A stretch of 64,000 bases of DNA from Pontiella sp. (GTDB lineage: Bacteria > Verrucomicrobiota > Kiritimatiellia > Kiritimatiellales > Pontiellaceae), in assembly GCA_050290185.1 (NCBI GenBank), contig JBNKHE010000007.1, forward strand, positions 96,001 through 160,000, written 5' to 3'. Positions 1 through 14,300 of this stretch are shown here, piece by piece. The notes beneath the pieces are model-generated. The model was not told where the DNA came from, ran no database searches, and saw only the letters and a program-made list of their open reading frames with translations. Each line of letters starts with the position of its first letter. Position 1 is the stretch's first letter. Made by a program: the position numbers and the translations under genes.

Positions 1-942
1 CCGCAGCAGCCATTCACGTAGCAGGCGGCCGCCCATCGCCGTGCTGGTGGAATCGAGCACATGTAAAAGCGTCGCCTTGTAGGCTTGCCGGTTCATGTTG
101 ATCGGAGCCACCAGTTCCAGATTCGTTGCCGTGGTTTCGTCCATCAGCATGTAGTCGGATGGATTCTTTACGCGGATGTTGCGTACGTGCGACAGATTGC
201 GCCGCAGCTCGGTCTTAACATAGTAGAGCACCGCGCCCGCCGCGCCGAGCGCAGAGGGCATTGCGGTGCAACCGAACCCTTCAAGCGAATGCACATCGAA
301 ATGGCGTTGCAGGAAATCGGTTGCCGAAGACGTTTCAAAGGTCCAGTCCTCACCGGCTGTGAGGAGCGTGTTGGTGATTTCAAGGCCCAGTTCGCTGAAG
401 GCCGGATCGTTGAGCTGATCTTCAGCGACAATGCATTCCGCCGGCGCATAGCGCGACAGGTTCGCCTGTACATTCGCCACATCGTCGGTCTCCTCGATCC
501 AGAATTCGCCGGTCGAAAGATCGAGCATCGCGAGTCCGAAGCATTCTTTGTGGCGGAACAGCCCGGTCAGGAAATTGTTCTGGTTTCCGTCGAGCTGGAC
601 CTCGTCAAGGATCGTGCCCGGAGTAACGATCCGCGTTACGTCTCGCTTGACCACGCCCTTGGCCGTGGCCGGATCTTCGACCTGCTCGCAGATGGCCACT
701 TTTTTTCCGGCCCGTACAAGCCGTTCTAGATAGCCCGAAGCCGCATGGTAGGGGATGCCGCACATCGGTGTGTTGTGGCGTTTGGTCAGGGTGATATCCA
801 GAATATCCGAGGCGGTTTTGGCATCGTCGAAAAACATTTCATAGAAGTCGCCGAGCCGGAAAAACAGGATGGTGTCCTCCGGCAGCTCGCGCCGAATCGA
901 CCGATACTGCGCCATCATGGGTGTTTCTTTCTTCTCTGCCAT
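1..942 (-). CDS. mutS: DNA mismatch repair protein MutS, N-terminal part (runs off the window start)
   Basis: Manual translation from ATG at 942: [37 protein letters not shown]...MCGIPYHA...KVAICEQ...VTRIVTPGT, the MutS domain I signature. Absent from the ORF track because it is open-ended. Confidence 0.95.
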   Translation of the reverse strand, partial: MAEKKETPMMAQYRSIRRELPEDTILFFRLGDFYEMFFDDAKTASDILDITLTKRHNTPMCGIPYHAASGYLERLVRAGKKVAICEQVEDPATAKGVVKRDVTRIVTPGTILDEVQLDGNQNNFLTGLFRHKECFGLAMLDLSTGEFWIEETDDVANVQANLSRYAPAECIVAEDQLNDPAFSELGLEITNTLLTAGEDWTFETSSATDFLQRHFDVHSLEGFGCTAMPSALGAAGAVLYYVKTELRRNLSHVRNIRVKNPSDYMLMDETTATNLELVAPINMNRQAYKATLLHVLDSTSTAMGGRLLREWLLR

Positions 943-1292
943 AGATCTCCCGAAAATCAAAGAAGCCCAGTTTATCCAGACCTCGAGATGAATCAATCAT
1001 GAAAGCCCGCAGATGCACGCAGGTGGACACCGATATGCTGTTTAGATCGGATAAAGTCGGAAGGGATGGTTCGACGAGCCGTCCGTGCGTGGGTTCGGTA
1101 CGTGGACTTGGCGTTTGTGTTGCGCTTTTTGCTAAAAACAGGACCCTCGTGAAGCGGTGCGGAGAGTGCTTTCTACCTTTTTGTGCCGGCTTTCGAGGTT
1201 TCGAAAACGGTGGAAGCAAGGGCGATCGTGGAGATGATGCCGATTATGGGATATTTCATATTTTGCTTGAGGGTTCATTTGCAACGGTCTGT

Positions 1293-1757
1293 TCAGCGTT
1301 CGATCAATCCGTCAACCAGATTGCCGGCTTCGCGTAACCATGCGGTTTCGGTGGCGCGCATTTTCTTGCGCTTGGCATCAGTGTCGTCTTCGGCACCGGA
1401 GAGATGGTCGAAGCCGTGGGCGATGTAGAGGGCCAGCTCGTAGTCGATGCCTTTATGGTCAGGGCCAACCTGCACGGCGCGGTCGACATTGATGATGAGG
1501 TCGCCGCTCCATGCGTCGTCTTCGCCGGGAACGGGGTCGTAGCGAAAACTGATTACGTCGGTGGGGCGGTTTTTGCCGAAATACTCGCGGTTGGTCTGCG
1601 TGATCGCTTCGTCATCGACGAGCACCACGCAAACCTCGCTCCATCGATCAGGCTTCATGATCGATTCGAGTTTTGTGCCGATCCAATCAGTCAGCTTTTG
1701 TAGTCGGCTGATCTGTATCGGATGATTGTGCTGATGGTTTTGGATGCTTGTTGTCAT
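1293..1757 (-). CDS. ybeY: rRNA maturation endoribonuclease YbeY
   Basis: PTDVISF and HGFDHLSGAED motifs; phoH-HD-ybeY synteny; start placed at MTTSIQ. Confidence 0.9.
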   Translation of the reverse strand: MTTSIQNHQHNHPIQISRLQKLTDWIGTKLESIMKPDRWSEVCVVLVDDEAITQTNREYFGKNRPTDVISFRYDPVPGEDDAWSGDLIINVDRAVQVGPDHKGIDYELALYIAHGFDHLSGAEDDTDAKRKKMRATETAWLREAGNLVDGLIER

Positions 1758-3993
1758 TGTCTTTGGGGTAGGGGATTCGGCCGTGGAGCATGTTGGACAG
1801 CGAGAAGATGAACGACTGCTTGACGACCTTGATTTCAGCCATGGTGAGATTGGCATAGTCCATCTGCCCATCACGGATCTTCATGGCGAAGATGTCGTCG
1901 AGCAGGTTGGAAATCTTTTGCGGCGTTGGTTTCTCGATGGAACGCGAGGCTGCCTCGGATGCGTCGGCGAGGGAGAGGATCGCCATTTCCGGGGAGACGG
2001 CGGGGGCGCCGCCATAGCGGAAGTCGCTGTCGTTGATCAGGTCGGCCATGTTGGCGGCGCTATCGCCCGCCTGAGTCTTGGCCTTGTGATAGAAGAAGGA
2101 GATCAGGCCGTTGCCGTGATGCTGTTCAATGGCATCGAGGATGGGCTGGGGCAGCTTGTGGCGTTTGGCCAATGTGAGGCCTTCCTTGACATGCGAGGAG
2201 ATAACAAGGGCACTCATGTGCGGGGAGAGTTCGTCATGCGGGTTTTCCTTGTGCTGGATATTTTCGGTAAAGAATTCCGGTTTGGCCATTTTGCCGATGT
2301 CATGATAGTAGGCGCATACACGGATCAGTAGGGAGTTGGCCCCGATCGCTTCGGCTGCGTTTTGTGCCAGCGTGGCAACCATCAGCGAGTGGTGGTAGGT
2401 GCCGGGCGCCTGCATGGCCATCTTTTGGAGGAGTGGATGGCCCATGTCGGACAGTTCCAGCAGGGTAATGTCGGTGGTGATTTTAAACAGCTTTTCGAAT
2501 ATCGGGATCAATAGCAACGTCAGGACGGTCGAGAGCACACCGGAAAGAATGACGCAACCCAGTTGACCGGCCAGGCCGGTGATGGCTTGCTGGTTCATGA
2601 GCGCGAGCAGCAGCACATAGAGGATCTTGACGGCGCAGATCCACAGGCCTGCACGGAAGAGACTGGAACGGCGGTGGACATTGCGGGCCGTACAGGTTGC
2701 CGTTATGGACACCAGCATGCCCATGGCGAACACGAGGAACGATTGATCGAGCAGGACGGCGATGGCAAAACTGTTCCAGAAACCCAGGCAGATGGCTGCG
2801 CTTCCGCCGAGGAGAATGCCGGCCAGCAGCACGGCGAGTGCGTGCGGCACCAGAAAGGCCACGGTCGAGGGCGATAGCAGGGTTTGGTGGGATGCAAGAT
2901 AGGATAGCAGGCTGGCCGTGCCCAGGGTGAGCAGGGACAGAATGATCATGAGAAGCAGCTTGTCGACCTTCCGGATCAACCGGCCGTTGCCGATACGCAG
3001 GATGACGACCGTGGCAATCAGCCCCACCAGCAGGAGGATGCCATTACCGAGAATTTCCAGAATCAGTTCGCTGATGTCGCGGCTTTCCTGGATTTTTTGA
3101 ATGTGTTTCTGAAGCAGCAAGAGATTTTGCTCGTCCGCCCGGTCCCCTGCACGTACCAGAATGGTGCCAGCGGGGTAGAACTGCGTGATGGGCTTAGTGG
3201 CATCCGCAGCCATCTGTCGGAGGTCTTCCGTGGCCACCTTGTCATAGCTGAGGTTGTCCTCCACAACGGAGAAGAGCAGTTTGTCGAGCTGGTTCCGCTG
3301 GGTATCGTTTTCGATCCCGTCCGTAATGGTCCATACGGCTTGCCGGCGGGAATAGATATTCTTCAGGGATTCTTTTTTGGGAGAAGTATCGGGTTTTTCA
3401 ATGATGGATATGGCGCGGTTCGGGTTTTCGGTTACAAAAGCTTCACGGGTCTCATCCGACATGATGCCGGTGGTCATGACCTGCTGAATACCGGCTACGA
3501 TCCGTTCCTTGATTGGAATAATCGAGTCAGATGGAAACGCCTGGGCAAATGCCGCTGCATCACTGATGTCGGATCCCAGTAGCAGGTCGTTGAGGGAGGC
3601 GGCTTTAGCGGTTTTTTCGTTTTCCGGCGCATTAGCCAGCTGAACGAGCCGGTCGAAAACAACCTGGATTTTCTGCACGGCGCGTTTGCGTGGTGCGGGA
3701 TTCATCTTGAAGATCAAGGGGAGGTTTTTGGCTTCCTGCTCCCGTGCGAGTTCCGTGTCGCGCAGGTTTTTACACGTAAAGTCAACCTGAGCCTCTACGG
3801 TCGTGGGAATCACCTGTCCTTCCTGATAGGTAACCTGGGGTACGATTCCGCGCCCGAAAAAGAGCCATGTTACGGAAAGCCACAGTACAATGCCCAGTCC
3901 GAGCGCCTGGTAGGGGATATCCTTCCGGCGCTTGACTTCGGTTTTGCGTTCGGCAATGCCCTTCTGCTTTTTTTTCAAAATCTTTGATTTCAT
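1687..3993 (-). CDS. 7TM-HD phosphohydrolase (PgpH/YqfF-like, putative c-di-AMP phosphodiesterase)
   Basis: Extracellular domain, multiple TM helices, APGTYHHS, YYHDIGK, QHHG and LADASEAA motifs. Confidence 0.9.
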   Translation of the reverse strand: MKSKILKKKQKGIAERKTEVKRRKDIPYQALGLGIVLWLSVTWLFFGRGIVPQVTYQEGQVIPTTVEAQVDFTCKNLRDTELAREQEAKNLPLIFKMNPAPRKRAVQKIQVVFDRLVQLANAPENEKTAKAASLNDLLLGSDISDAAAFAQAFPSDSIIPIKERIVAGIQQVMTTGIMSDETREAFVTENPNRAISIIEKPDTSPKKESLKNIYSRRQAVWTITDGIENDTQRNQLDKLLFSVVEDNLSYDKVATEDLRQMAADATKPITQFYPAGTILVRAGDRADEQNLLLLQKHIQKIQESRDISELILEILGNGILLLVGLIATVVILRIGNGRLIRKVDKLLLMIILSLLTLGTASLLSYLASHQTLLSPSTVAFLVPHALAVLLAGILLGGSAAICLGFWNSFAIAVLLDQSFLVFAMGMLVSITATCTARNVHRRSSLFRAGLWICAVKILYVLLLALMNQQAITGLAGQLGCVILSGVLSTVLTLLLIPIFEKLFKITTDITLLELSDMGHPLLQKMAMQAPGTYHHSLMVATLAQNAAEAIGANSLLIRVCAYYHDIGKMAKPEFFTENIQHKENPHDELSPHMSALVISSHVKEGLTLAKRHKLPQPILDAIEQHHGNGLISFFYHKAKTQAGDSAANMADLINDSDFRYGGAPAVSPEMAILSLADASEAASRSIEKPTPQKISNLLDDIFAMKIRDGQMDYANLTMAEIKVVKQSFIFSLSNMLHGRIPYPKDNDNKHPKPSAQSSDTDQPTTKAD

Positions 3994-4014
3994 GATGGTC
4001 TCCGTGTTGGCGGA

Positions 4015-4965
4015 TCAAGTGGTCCGCTTTTCGCGGTAGGCTTCGATGACTTTCTGTACAAGGGGATGCCGTACCACGTCGCGTTCGGTGAGTTCGATGA
4101 TTTCCAGTCCTTTGATATTTTCCAGGATGGAGCGAGCCTCGATCAATCCCGATGCTTTTCGGTCGGGCAGGTCAATCTGGGTCAGGTCACCGGTGATGGC
4201 GCATTTTGAATCGAAGCCCAGGCGGGTGAGGAACATGAGCATCTGTTGCGGTGTCGTATTCTGTGCTTCATCGAGGATGACAAAGGCATGATTGAGCGTG
4301 CGGCCGCGCATATAGGCCAACGGAGCCACTTCGATGATTCCGCGTTCGATATGGCTTTCGACCGTCTCGGCCGGAAGCATGTCGTAAAGGGCGTCGTAAA
4401 GCGGACGCAGGTACGGAGCCACCTTTTGCTGGAAATCCCCCGGAAGGAATCCGAGATTTTCTCCAGCTTCGATGGCGGGGCGGGTCAGGATGATTCGGCT
4501 GATCTCATCCTTCAAGAGGGAGGAGACCGCCATGGCCATAGCCAGGTAGGTCTTGCCGGTGCCCGCTGGGCCGATACCGAATGTGACGGTGTTATTCTGC
4601 ATGGCATCCAGATAGATCTGCTGGCCGAGAGTCTTCGGGAAGACCGAAGGTTTTCGCTGGCTGACGTCGATCCGGATACTCGCCAGTTTTTCGAATACAT
4701 TGTCTTCGCCTTCGCCGAAAGCTTCATAGGCATAGGTGGCGGCCTGGGCATCAAGCCGGCCGTGGTTGCGGGCCTTGCGCAAGTCTTCGATAAATCCGGC
4801 AATCCGTTCTGCGTTCTCGTTGGGTCCGTTGATGCCCACGGTGAGATCGCGCAATACCAACTCCAGGTCATGATCACGTTCCATTCGGTCGACCAAGACT
4901 CCCAGCACCGCCCCTACATCGCGGGCTTCGCTGGCATTGTCGAAATGGATAATCGTCGCGCTCAT
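4015..4965 (-). CDS. phoH: PhoH family ATPase
   Basis: [25 protein letters not shown] and VVRHPLV motifs. Confidence 0.95.
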   Translation of the reverse strand: MSATIIHFDNASEARDVGAVLGVLVDRMERDHDLELVLRDLTVGINGPNENAERIAGFIEDLRKARNHGRLDAQAATYAYEAFGEGEDNVFEKLASIRIDVSQRKPSVFPKTLGQQIYLDAMQNNTVTFGIGPAGTGKTYLAMAMAVSSLLKDEISRIILTRPAIEAGENLGFLPGDFQQKVAPYLRPLYDALYDMLPAETVESHIERGIIEVAPLAYMRGRTLNHAFVILDEAQNTTPQQMLMFLTRLGFDSKCAITGDLTQIDLPDRKASGLIEARSILENIKGLEIIELTERDVVRHPLVQKVIEAYREKRTT

Positions 4966-5224
4966 GGAAGAGAGTCCTTTTGAAAATGGCCGGAAAGCTG
5001 GCCGCTACTCGCCTGGCTGAATTCTCGCAGGCATGGAATCTGGTAATTCATTGCGTAGAGTTAATGGGTTTTTTAAGACGCCGTCAACAGGTATTCCCGC
5101 CGAACAAGCTTCTGAAAAACAGGCTTAATTTCGCGGACGGAATGGATTTGGTACGCGAAATGCTTCATGTCTGCCAATTCCGTCACACAGGAAAATTGAA
5201 GTAAACTAGAAGGATATTGGGAAA

Positions 5225-6571
5225 ATGATAAAGAAAGATAATGTAAAGCTGTCCATTGCAGTCGGACTGATGGCCTTGTTCTGCATCACCAGCTGCGCTC
5301 CGGTTACGGTAACCAGTATGCCGCCGGGTGCGCGTGTCTATTATAAAGGCAACGATAAGCTGATCGGAACCACGCCGGTCAGGGTGAATCTGGTTGCCAA
5401 TGACAAGGAGCTTGTTGTCCGTAAGGCGGGGTATTTTTCAAAGACCGTCGTCATCTCTCCAATCGATCCTGTAAACACCAATGTGGAACTGAACCGGCGT
5501 GACCGGGTGTTGATTCTCAGCAACCCGGATGGCGCCGATCTGTATGTAGAAGGCGAGGGGCGTGTTGGGTGCACTCCTTATAAGCTCGATTACGATAAAC
5601 CGTATCGTACTTTCCAGGTCAAGGCCGCGGGATATGCCACACAGACCTTTACTGTTCCCGAAGACCCGGAAGAGCATGTGATGATCGACCTGAATCGCGA
5701 TGACGCGGTGCAACTGGTCACACGGCCCAAGAATGCCGAAGTGTTGGACCTCACCGGCAACAACCTGGGGTCAACACCGCTGGCGGTTCCGGCCAGTGAA
5801 GAGCGCACCTATGAAATCCGCAAGGATGGCTACTATTCGCAGCAGGTGACCGTCGATGCCGACTCGGAAAGTCCCGTGGTTGTCGAGCTGGAGCGCGAAC
5901 CCATCATCATCGTGAACAGTGAGCCGGAAGGGGCCTACATCGTATACCGTGGCGTTGCGCTCGGACAAACCCCGTTCAGGCAGTTGGTCAAGGAAGATAT
6001 GGAAGTCCAGATCAAGGCCGACCGCTACTACACCAAGAACATTACGCTTGCGCCGGATTCGCCGCGCGCGATCAATGTTGAGCTCGAACCCATGCCCTAC
6101 GTGACCATTCAGAGTAAGCCGGAAGGCGCGACACTCTATCTTTCGGGTGGGGTGGAGATGGTCGGTACAACGCCGGTCGAGGTTTTGATTGAAAAGGATA
6201 CCGCCTTTGAAATGCACAAGGACGGCTATGATATCAAGCCGTTCATGCTATCGGCCGAATCCAGCAGCGAGGTGACTGTTCCCATGGTTAAGTCGATTGC
6301 TGCCATTGAGAAAACAATTCTCATAGACAGCGACCCCAGCGGGGCCGAAGTCTACCGTCCCGGTGGCGCAGAGCTGATCGGGAAGACCCCATTTAAACAG
6401 CGTGTCCGCGGTGAACGTACCTTCGAGCTGCATCTTGATGGCTACAAAACCAAGATCGTTACGGTCGCCACCGACTCTGCGGACAGCGTACTCTTTGCAT
6501 TGGCTAGGGATGAATCGGCGAGGAATGTCACGGTCAGCGACCCCTTGTTGAATACCCCTTCATCCTTCTAG
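5225..6571 (+). CDS. PEGA repeat lipoprotein
   Basis: Lipobox-like ITSC; repeated SxPxGAxV..G.TP...K.GY units. Confidence 0.85.
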   Translation: MIKKDNVKLSIAVGLMALFCITSCAPVTVTSMPPGARVYYKGNDKLIGTTPVRVNLVANDKELVVRKAGYFSKTVVISPIDPVNTNVELNRRDRVLILSNPDGADLYVEGEGRVGCTPYKLDYDKPYRTFQVKAAGYATQTFTVPEDPEEHVMIDLNRDDAVQLVTRPKNAEVLDLTGNNLGSTPLAVPASEERTYEIRKDGYYSQQVTVDADSESPVVVELEREPIIIVNSEPEGAYIVYRGVALGQTPFRQLVKEDMEVQIKADRYYTKNITLAPDSPRAINVELEPMPYVTIQSKPEGATLYLSGGVEMVGTTPVEVLIEKDTAFEMHKDGYDIKPFMLSAESSSEVTVPMVKSIAAIEKTILIDSDPSGAEVYRPGGAELIGKTPFKQRVRGERTFELHLDGYKTKIVTVATDSADSVLFALARDESARNVTVSDPLLNTPSSF

Positions 6572-6594
6572 CCAATGCACTTATCTAATTCCCG

Positions 6595-6617
6595 AGCCCC
6601 GATTAGGGGCTTTTTTT
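6595..6617 (+). terminator. Intrinsic terminator
   Basis: AGCCCC-gatta-GGGGCT followed by a T run. Confidence 0.8.
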
Positions 6618-6821
6618 GTTAAAACACATGTTGCAACTGTGTCTAAATAGGCGGTTTATAGATTATATTCGTAAAATTTTAGATCAAAAAAACTTTCCTT
6701 CGGGCCATGTTATGTGGATATTTCGAAATTTCCTGGGGTAACCAGGGTGTGAAAGTGCGAAACAGGTAGAATATTCGTTCTTTTTAGAAATCAGGGATGT
6801 TAAACCAAGGAGTAGACTCAG

Positions 6822-10346
<3,525 letters not shown>

Positions 10347-10368
10347 CCCAGCGGTTGCCTGAAACAAG

Positions 10369-10397
10369 AAAGCCCGTCCTTGCGACGGGCTTTTTTT
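10369..10397. terminator. Intrinsic (probably bidirectional) terminator
   Basis: AAAGCCCGTC-cttgc-GACGGGCTTTTTTT between convergent genes. Confidence 0.85.
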
Positions 10398-10399
10398 GT

Positions 10400-10759
10400 T
10401 TAGGCTGCGAGCCGGGGGTTCTGTGCGGCACGCCGGCCAATGGCCTGCCGCAGTTTGAAGTGCGCGGTGGCATCCAGTTTCAGGAAAATGCGATGGTGCG
10501 ACCGGATCTGCAAAACATAGACGGGACGTAGGGCACGCCGATGCGGGAGAAAGTGAATCCAGTTGAACAGGAGGAAGGTCGGTGGCGCTTCCGAGGGAGC
10601 GGCCAAACGCAGATAGTGGACCGCTGACAGATGTATGCGAAAGACTGGCGCAATCCCCAAGAGACGTCCGATGATCTCTTCTCCAGCAAGCTCATAGGAA
10701 TAAAGAGAGCCGAAAGACAATGAAGAGAGGACATGCTTGCCGGCAATCTTAGCCGACAT
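10400..10759 (-). CDS. Hypothetical protein, paralog of 10749..11087
   Basis: Shares NW..F.P......PVY.LQ and RIF.KLD motifs with its neighbour. Confidence 0.7.
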   Translation of the reverse strand: MSAKIAGKHVLSSLSFGSLYSYELAGEEIIGRLLGIAPVFRIHLSAVHYLRLAAPSEAPPTFLLFNWIHFLPHRRALRPVYVLQIRSHHRIFLKLDATAHFKLRQAIGRRAAQNPRLAA

Positions 10760-11087
10760 GGCGGCCGCCTAACGTAGATTTCATATCGATATGGGAGCCG
10801 CGGTCAAGTTTCATGAAAATCCGGGGTGAACGCTCATCGGCCTGCAACGTGTAAACCGGAGAGACCATCCTGTGCGAAGGGCTGAATTTGAACCAGTTGA
10901 TCCGGTTTAGTTTGGTGACATCCTGGTCCTCGGCTTCGCGGAGATCCATGACCTTATTCAGCGGGATGGAGTTCAGGGTGATGAAGCGAAACAGCTTGGT
11001 GGTAAGCGATTCGGAAGTCAACTGATAGCTGACAAACAGCCCGACATCCATGTCCACCAGACTCAAGATCTTCTTTTTTGATTTCAT
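10749..11087 (-). CDS. Hypothetical protein, paralog of 10400..10759
   Basis: AAGG RBS; same shared motifs; overlaps the downstream gene. Confidence 0.7.
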   Translation of the reverse strand: MKSKKKILSLVDMDVGLFVSYQLTSESLTTKLFRFITLNSIPLNKVMDLREAEDQDVTKLNRINWFKFSPSHRMVSPVYTLQADERSPRIFMKLDRGSHIDMKSTLGGRHVG

Positions 11088-11211
11088 CCTTTAAAATGTA
11101 GCACGGTATGTGCCACGAGGATTAAACGAGGTGAAAACGCTATATTTCGCGTTTTTCCGGCGTAATGCGCATGAAATCCCGTGCTGTCGTTCGCAGGGGT
11201 GAGAAAGCGTG

Positions 11212-11838
11212 TCAGCGATTTTTACGGGTAAAGGCCATCGGAAAGATGATATCGCTCAAGCAGCAGGGGATCCAGACGGCGATGAACAGAAAGAACGAGA
11301 TCAAGACCCCTTCAACAAAGGAGAAGTGACCGGACTGGGCTCGCAGGATATGGAAAAGGGATGACGCGGTGCTAAGCAAAACATGTCCTCCATGCGGGAA
11401 ATGCGTTTGGCTGGAGAAAAAGGCTGCTCCGATGCCCAGCAGGGCGGCCAGATTGATGATTACCGGCATTTCCACGATGCCGAGATGTACCTGGGCGTTC
11501 TCCATCCCGAGCATAAGTTCTGCCCAGTAGGGGACCAGGCAGTCGCTAAGGGTCGCGATTCCGATTGAGCCAAAATAGCCGACCAGTACGACGGCGAGCA
11601 TGCCGGATTTGCTGTGGCGTGGGCGTCCGCGATAGTTTTTGTAGACGGCTGCGGTTACCAGCGCGCTCAGCACGACATGCAATGGATGGGTAAACTCGAA
11701 CAGGGATTCCGCCCTTTCCGTATCGATGGCACTCGGAGCAATGCGCTGGAGCAGGAAAACAACGGCCACGCCGAGTGCGGCGCCAAGCAGCGTAAACGGT
11801 CCGTGATGCTTCAATTCTTTTAATATGGCGGATTTCAT
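11212..11838 (-). CDS. Membrane protein with His-rich motifs (possible metal transporter)
   Basis: Several TM helices; HPLH, HFPHGGH and PCCLSD. Confidence 0.7.
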   Translation of the reverse strand: MKSAILKELKHHGPFTLLGAALGVAVVFLLQRIAPSAIDTERAESLFEFTHPLHVVLSALVTAAVYKNYRGRPRHSKSGMLAVVLVGYFGSIGIATLSDCLVPYWAELMLGMENAQVHLGIVEMPVIINLAALLGIGAAFFSSQTHFPHGGHVLLSTASSLFHILRAQSGHFSFVEGVLISFFLFIAVWIPCCLSDIIFPMAFTRKNR

Positions 11839-11885
11839 GCGCGGTCTTCTATCAGAGTACCCAGGGCATAGCAAGCGGGGCGGAA

Positions 11886-12185
11886 CTAATTGTTGGGTAT
11901 TGAACCTAGCGTTGTAAGTAATTCAGGAGGCGGGTTGGTGATTTTCAGCCGTTTGTTGCGGCCGGTCTCGCCGGAAAGGATTTCGATGGTTGACTTGGCA
12001 ATCTTCCACTGCTTGGACAGGAACTTTACGAGGTAGGCATTGGCCTTGCCCTCCACCGGCGGGGCCTGGATACGCACTTTGAGTGCCTCGTCACCCATCA
12101 CGCCTGCGATGCCATCCCGGGAAGCGCGCGGTACAATCCGCAAGGTGATAATGATGTTTCCGTCCTTTTCTTCAAACCATGCCAT
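11886..12185 (-). CDS. DUF167/YggU family protein
   Basis: VPRASR, APPVEGKAN and SGETGRNK motifs. Confidence 0.9.
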   Translation of the reverse strand: MAWFEEKDGNIIITLRIVPRASRDGIAGVMGDEALKVRIQAPPVEGKANAYLVKFLSKQWKIAKSTIEILSGETGRNKRLKITNPPPELLTTLGSIPNN

Positions 12186-12237
12186 TGACTTCGCCTTCTT
12201 CGAAATTCGGGTTTTATTGCGCATTACGCTGAAATCG

Positions 12238-13194
12238 TCAAAACATAAGGTTGAATAGCCATCCCACAATCAGAATGCCGATGGAGGCGGTTGCAACAAA
12301 TATAGCGATCAAGCGTGGCTTCATCACTTTGCGTAGCAACACCATTTCGGGGAATGAAAGCGCCGTGACGGCCATCATGAAGGCCAATGCAGTGCCGAGA
12401 CCAACGCCTTTGCCAATCAGAGCCTCCGCAATCGGAATCGTGCCGAGTGCGTTGGAGTAGAGGGGTATGCCGCACAGAACGGCAATCACAACACTCAGCG
12501 GGTTGTTGGAACCGGCATACTTCGAAAGCATGTCTTCCGGCGCCCAGCCATGAATCGCCGCTCCGATGCCAATGCCGATCAGTAGATAGATCCAAATGCG
12601 CTTAAGAATGTCGGCCACATGTTCACCGGCATAGGCCAGCCGTTGCTGCTGCGTCATGTCGGGATGGAGTTTATTGAACGCTTCGCCACTGAAGACGGCG
12701 GCTTCCAGATGCGTCTCCGGCTTGAAACGGCCGATGATTATGCCGCTGACCACACCAATAAGAACGCCCATGGCGGCATAGGTGACCGCCACTTTCCATC
12801 CGAAAGAGGCCAGCAGGATGGCGAATGCCGCCTCGTTCACAATCGGAGAGGTCACCAGAAACGAGAAGGTGACGCCCAGCGGAATGCCCGCTTCCACAAA
12901 GCCGATAAAGATCGGGACCGATGAGCAGGAGCAGAACGGGGTAATGATGCCCAGCATCGAAGCCGCTACATGTGCGCCCGGACCGTGGATGCGTTCCAGC
13001 ATCTTCTTGGTTTTCTGCGGTTGGAAATAGCTGCGCAGGTAGGAAATGACGAAGATCATCAGCGACAGCAGAATCAGGATCTTTACCGTATCGTACAAAA
13101 AGAAATGCACACTGCCGCCCAGTTGCGAATCCACCGTCAGGCCGAATGGGCCTTCAACGAGTTTTGTGATGAAATGATCCAACCATATGAACAT
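12238..13194 (-). CDS. Permease (DUF318/ArsP-like)
   Basis: TPFCSCSSVP, GIPLY and ALSFPE motifs. Confidence 0.9.
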   Translation of the reverse strand: MFIWLDHFITKLVEGPFGLTVDSQLGGSVHFFLYDTVKILILLSLMIFVISYLRSYFQPQKTKKMLERIHGPGAHVAASMLGIITPFCSCSSVPIFIGFVEAGIPLGVTFSFLVTSPIVNEAAFAILLASFGWKVAVTYAAMGVLIGVVSGIIIGRFKPETHLEAAVFSGEAFNKLHPDMTQQQRLAYAGEHVADILKRIWIYLLIGIGIGAAIHGWAPEDMLSKYAGSNNPLSVVIAVLCGIPLYSNALGTIPIAEALIGKGVGLGTALAFMMAVTALSFPEMVLLRKVMKPRLIAIFVATASIGILIVGWLFNLMF

Positions 13195-13206
13195 AAGGTC
13201 TGGTTC

Positions 13207-13908
13207 CTAGATCGTATTATAGAGAAAGTAAAGACCGGCCAGGATAAGCAGGATGCCCAAGGCAAACTTGATGTGGCGGGCGGTTTTTGTTTCGCGGTTC
13301 CACGCCGAAAAATGCTGGGCCAGTTCAGTCGCGGTTCCGGCCGCGACCAGTACGGTGCAATGGCCGAGTGCGTACAATGCCAGCAGCAGAAAGCCAAAGA
13401 CCGGATGGGTGGATGCGGAGGAAAATACCAGTGCCAGTACAGGAGCAAGGAAAGCAAACGTGCAGGGGCCCGAGGCCACGCCGAACAATAGTCCGAGCAA
13501 TAGCGCTCCCGTCGCTCCTCTTCTTTTGACGTTCTCCTTGCGGGCGCCCATCCATGGAACCGAAACGACATCCATCAGATGCAGTCCGATGAGGATAAAC
13601 ACCGTGCTCATTAGATAGCCGCCGACCGCGCCGGCGTCGCCGGTCATGCGTCCTGCGAGCGTAGTGGCCACGCCGATGACGGCCATGGTGATTAGAATGC
13701 CGAACGCAAAAAGGGCGGAGAGCCCGGCGGCCAGTTTCGGGGTGTTCACCTTCTGGTCATTCACGTAAGCAATCAGCAGGGGAATGCTGGCCAGATGACA
13801 GGGGCTAAGGATAACGCTACAGATGCCCCAAACAAATGTGGCGGACAGCGCAAGTATGGGCGAGCCGGTCATGCCAGCGTTCAGGGATTGTAAAACATCA
13901 ACCAGCAT
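13207..13908 (-). CDS. CcdA/DsbD-type thiol-disulfide transporter
   Basis: LSPCHLASIP and SGPCT motifs; 6 TM helices. Confidence 0.85.
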   Translation of the reverse strand: MLVDVLQSLNAGMTGSPILALSATFVWGICSVILSPCHLASIPLLIAYVNDQKVNTPKLAAGLSALFAFGILITMAVIGVATTLAGRMTGDAGAVGGYLMSTVFILIGLHLMDVVSVPWMGARKENVKRRGATGALLLGLLFGVASGPCTFAFLAPVLALVFSSASTHPVFGFLLLALYALGHCTVLVAAGTATELAQHFSAWNRETKTARHIKFALGILLILAGLYFLYNTI

Positions 13909-14290
13909 CCAGCGATACTCCCAGTTCAATAAACATGTGTTCAATCTCTTCGGTCGAAAAGAATCCCTGATGTCGGTAGAGCTCGTTGCCGTCCGCATCG
14001 AAAAAGATCTGTACCGGAATCAGTTCGACCCCGTATTCGTCGACAGCCTCCTCATGCTCCCAAACATCGATAAAATCAACTTGCAGCTTGCCGGCATGTT
14101 TTTTCCGGAGCTCCTCCAGTACTGGTTCCATCAGTGTACAGGCGGTGCATCCTTTGGAGCCCAGATCCAGCAGTCGCGGGATTCCGGTTATTTGAGCGGG
14201 GAGTGGCGTGCTGGTCTTTTCGGATTTTTTCAGCATAACCACACCTGCAATGGCAGCAATCACTAGGAAAAATATAATCAAGCGTTTCAT
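13898..14290 (-). CDS. Thioredoxin family protein
   Basis: N-terminal anchor, CTAC motif, IPVQIFFD. Confidence 0.9.
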   Translation of the reverse strand: MKRLIIFFLVIAAIAGVVMLKKSEKTSTPLPAQITGIPRLLDLGSKGCTACTLMEPVLEELRKKHAGKLQVDFIDVWEHEEAVDEYGVELIPVQIFFDADGNELYRHQGFFSTEEIEHMFIELGVSLDAG

Positions 14291-14300
14291 TACAGTATAC

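Noticed and set aside
85..729. 214-aa plus-strand ORF
   Set aside because: Antisense shadow of mutS.
1173..1259. 28-aa signal-peptide-like ORF MKYPIIGIISTIALAS...
   Set aside because: Too short to support; could be real or a remnant, but there is no corroborating evidence.
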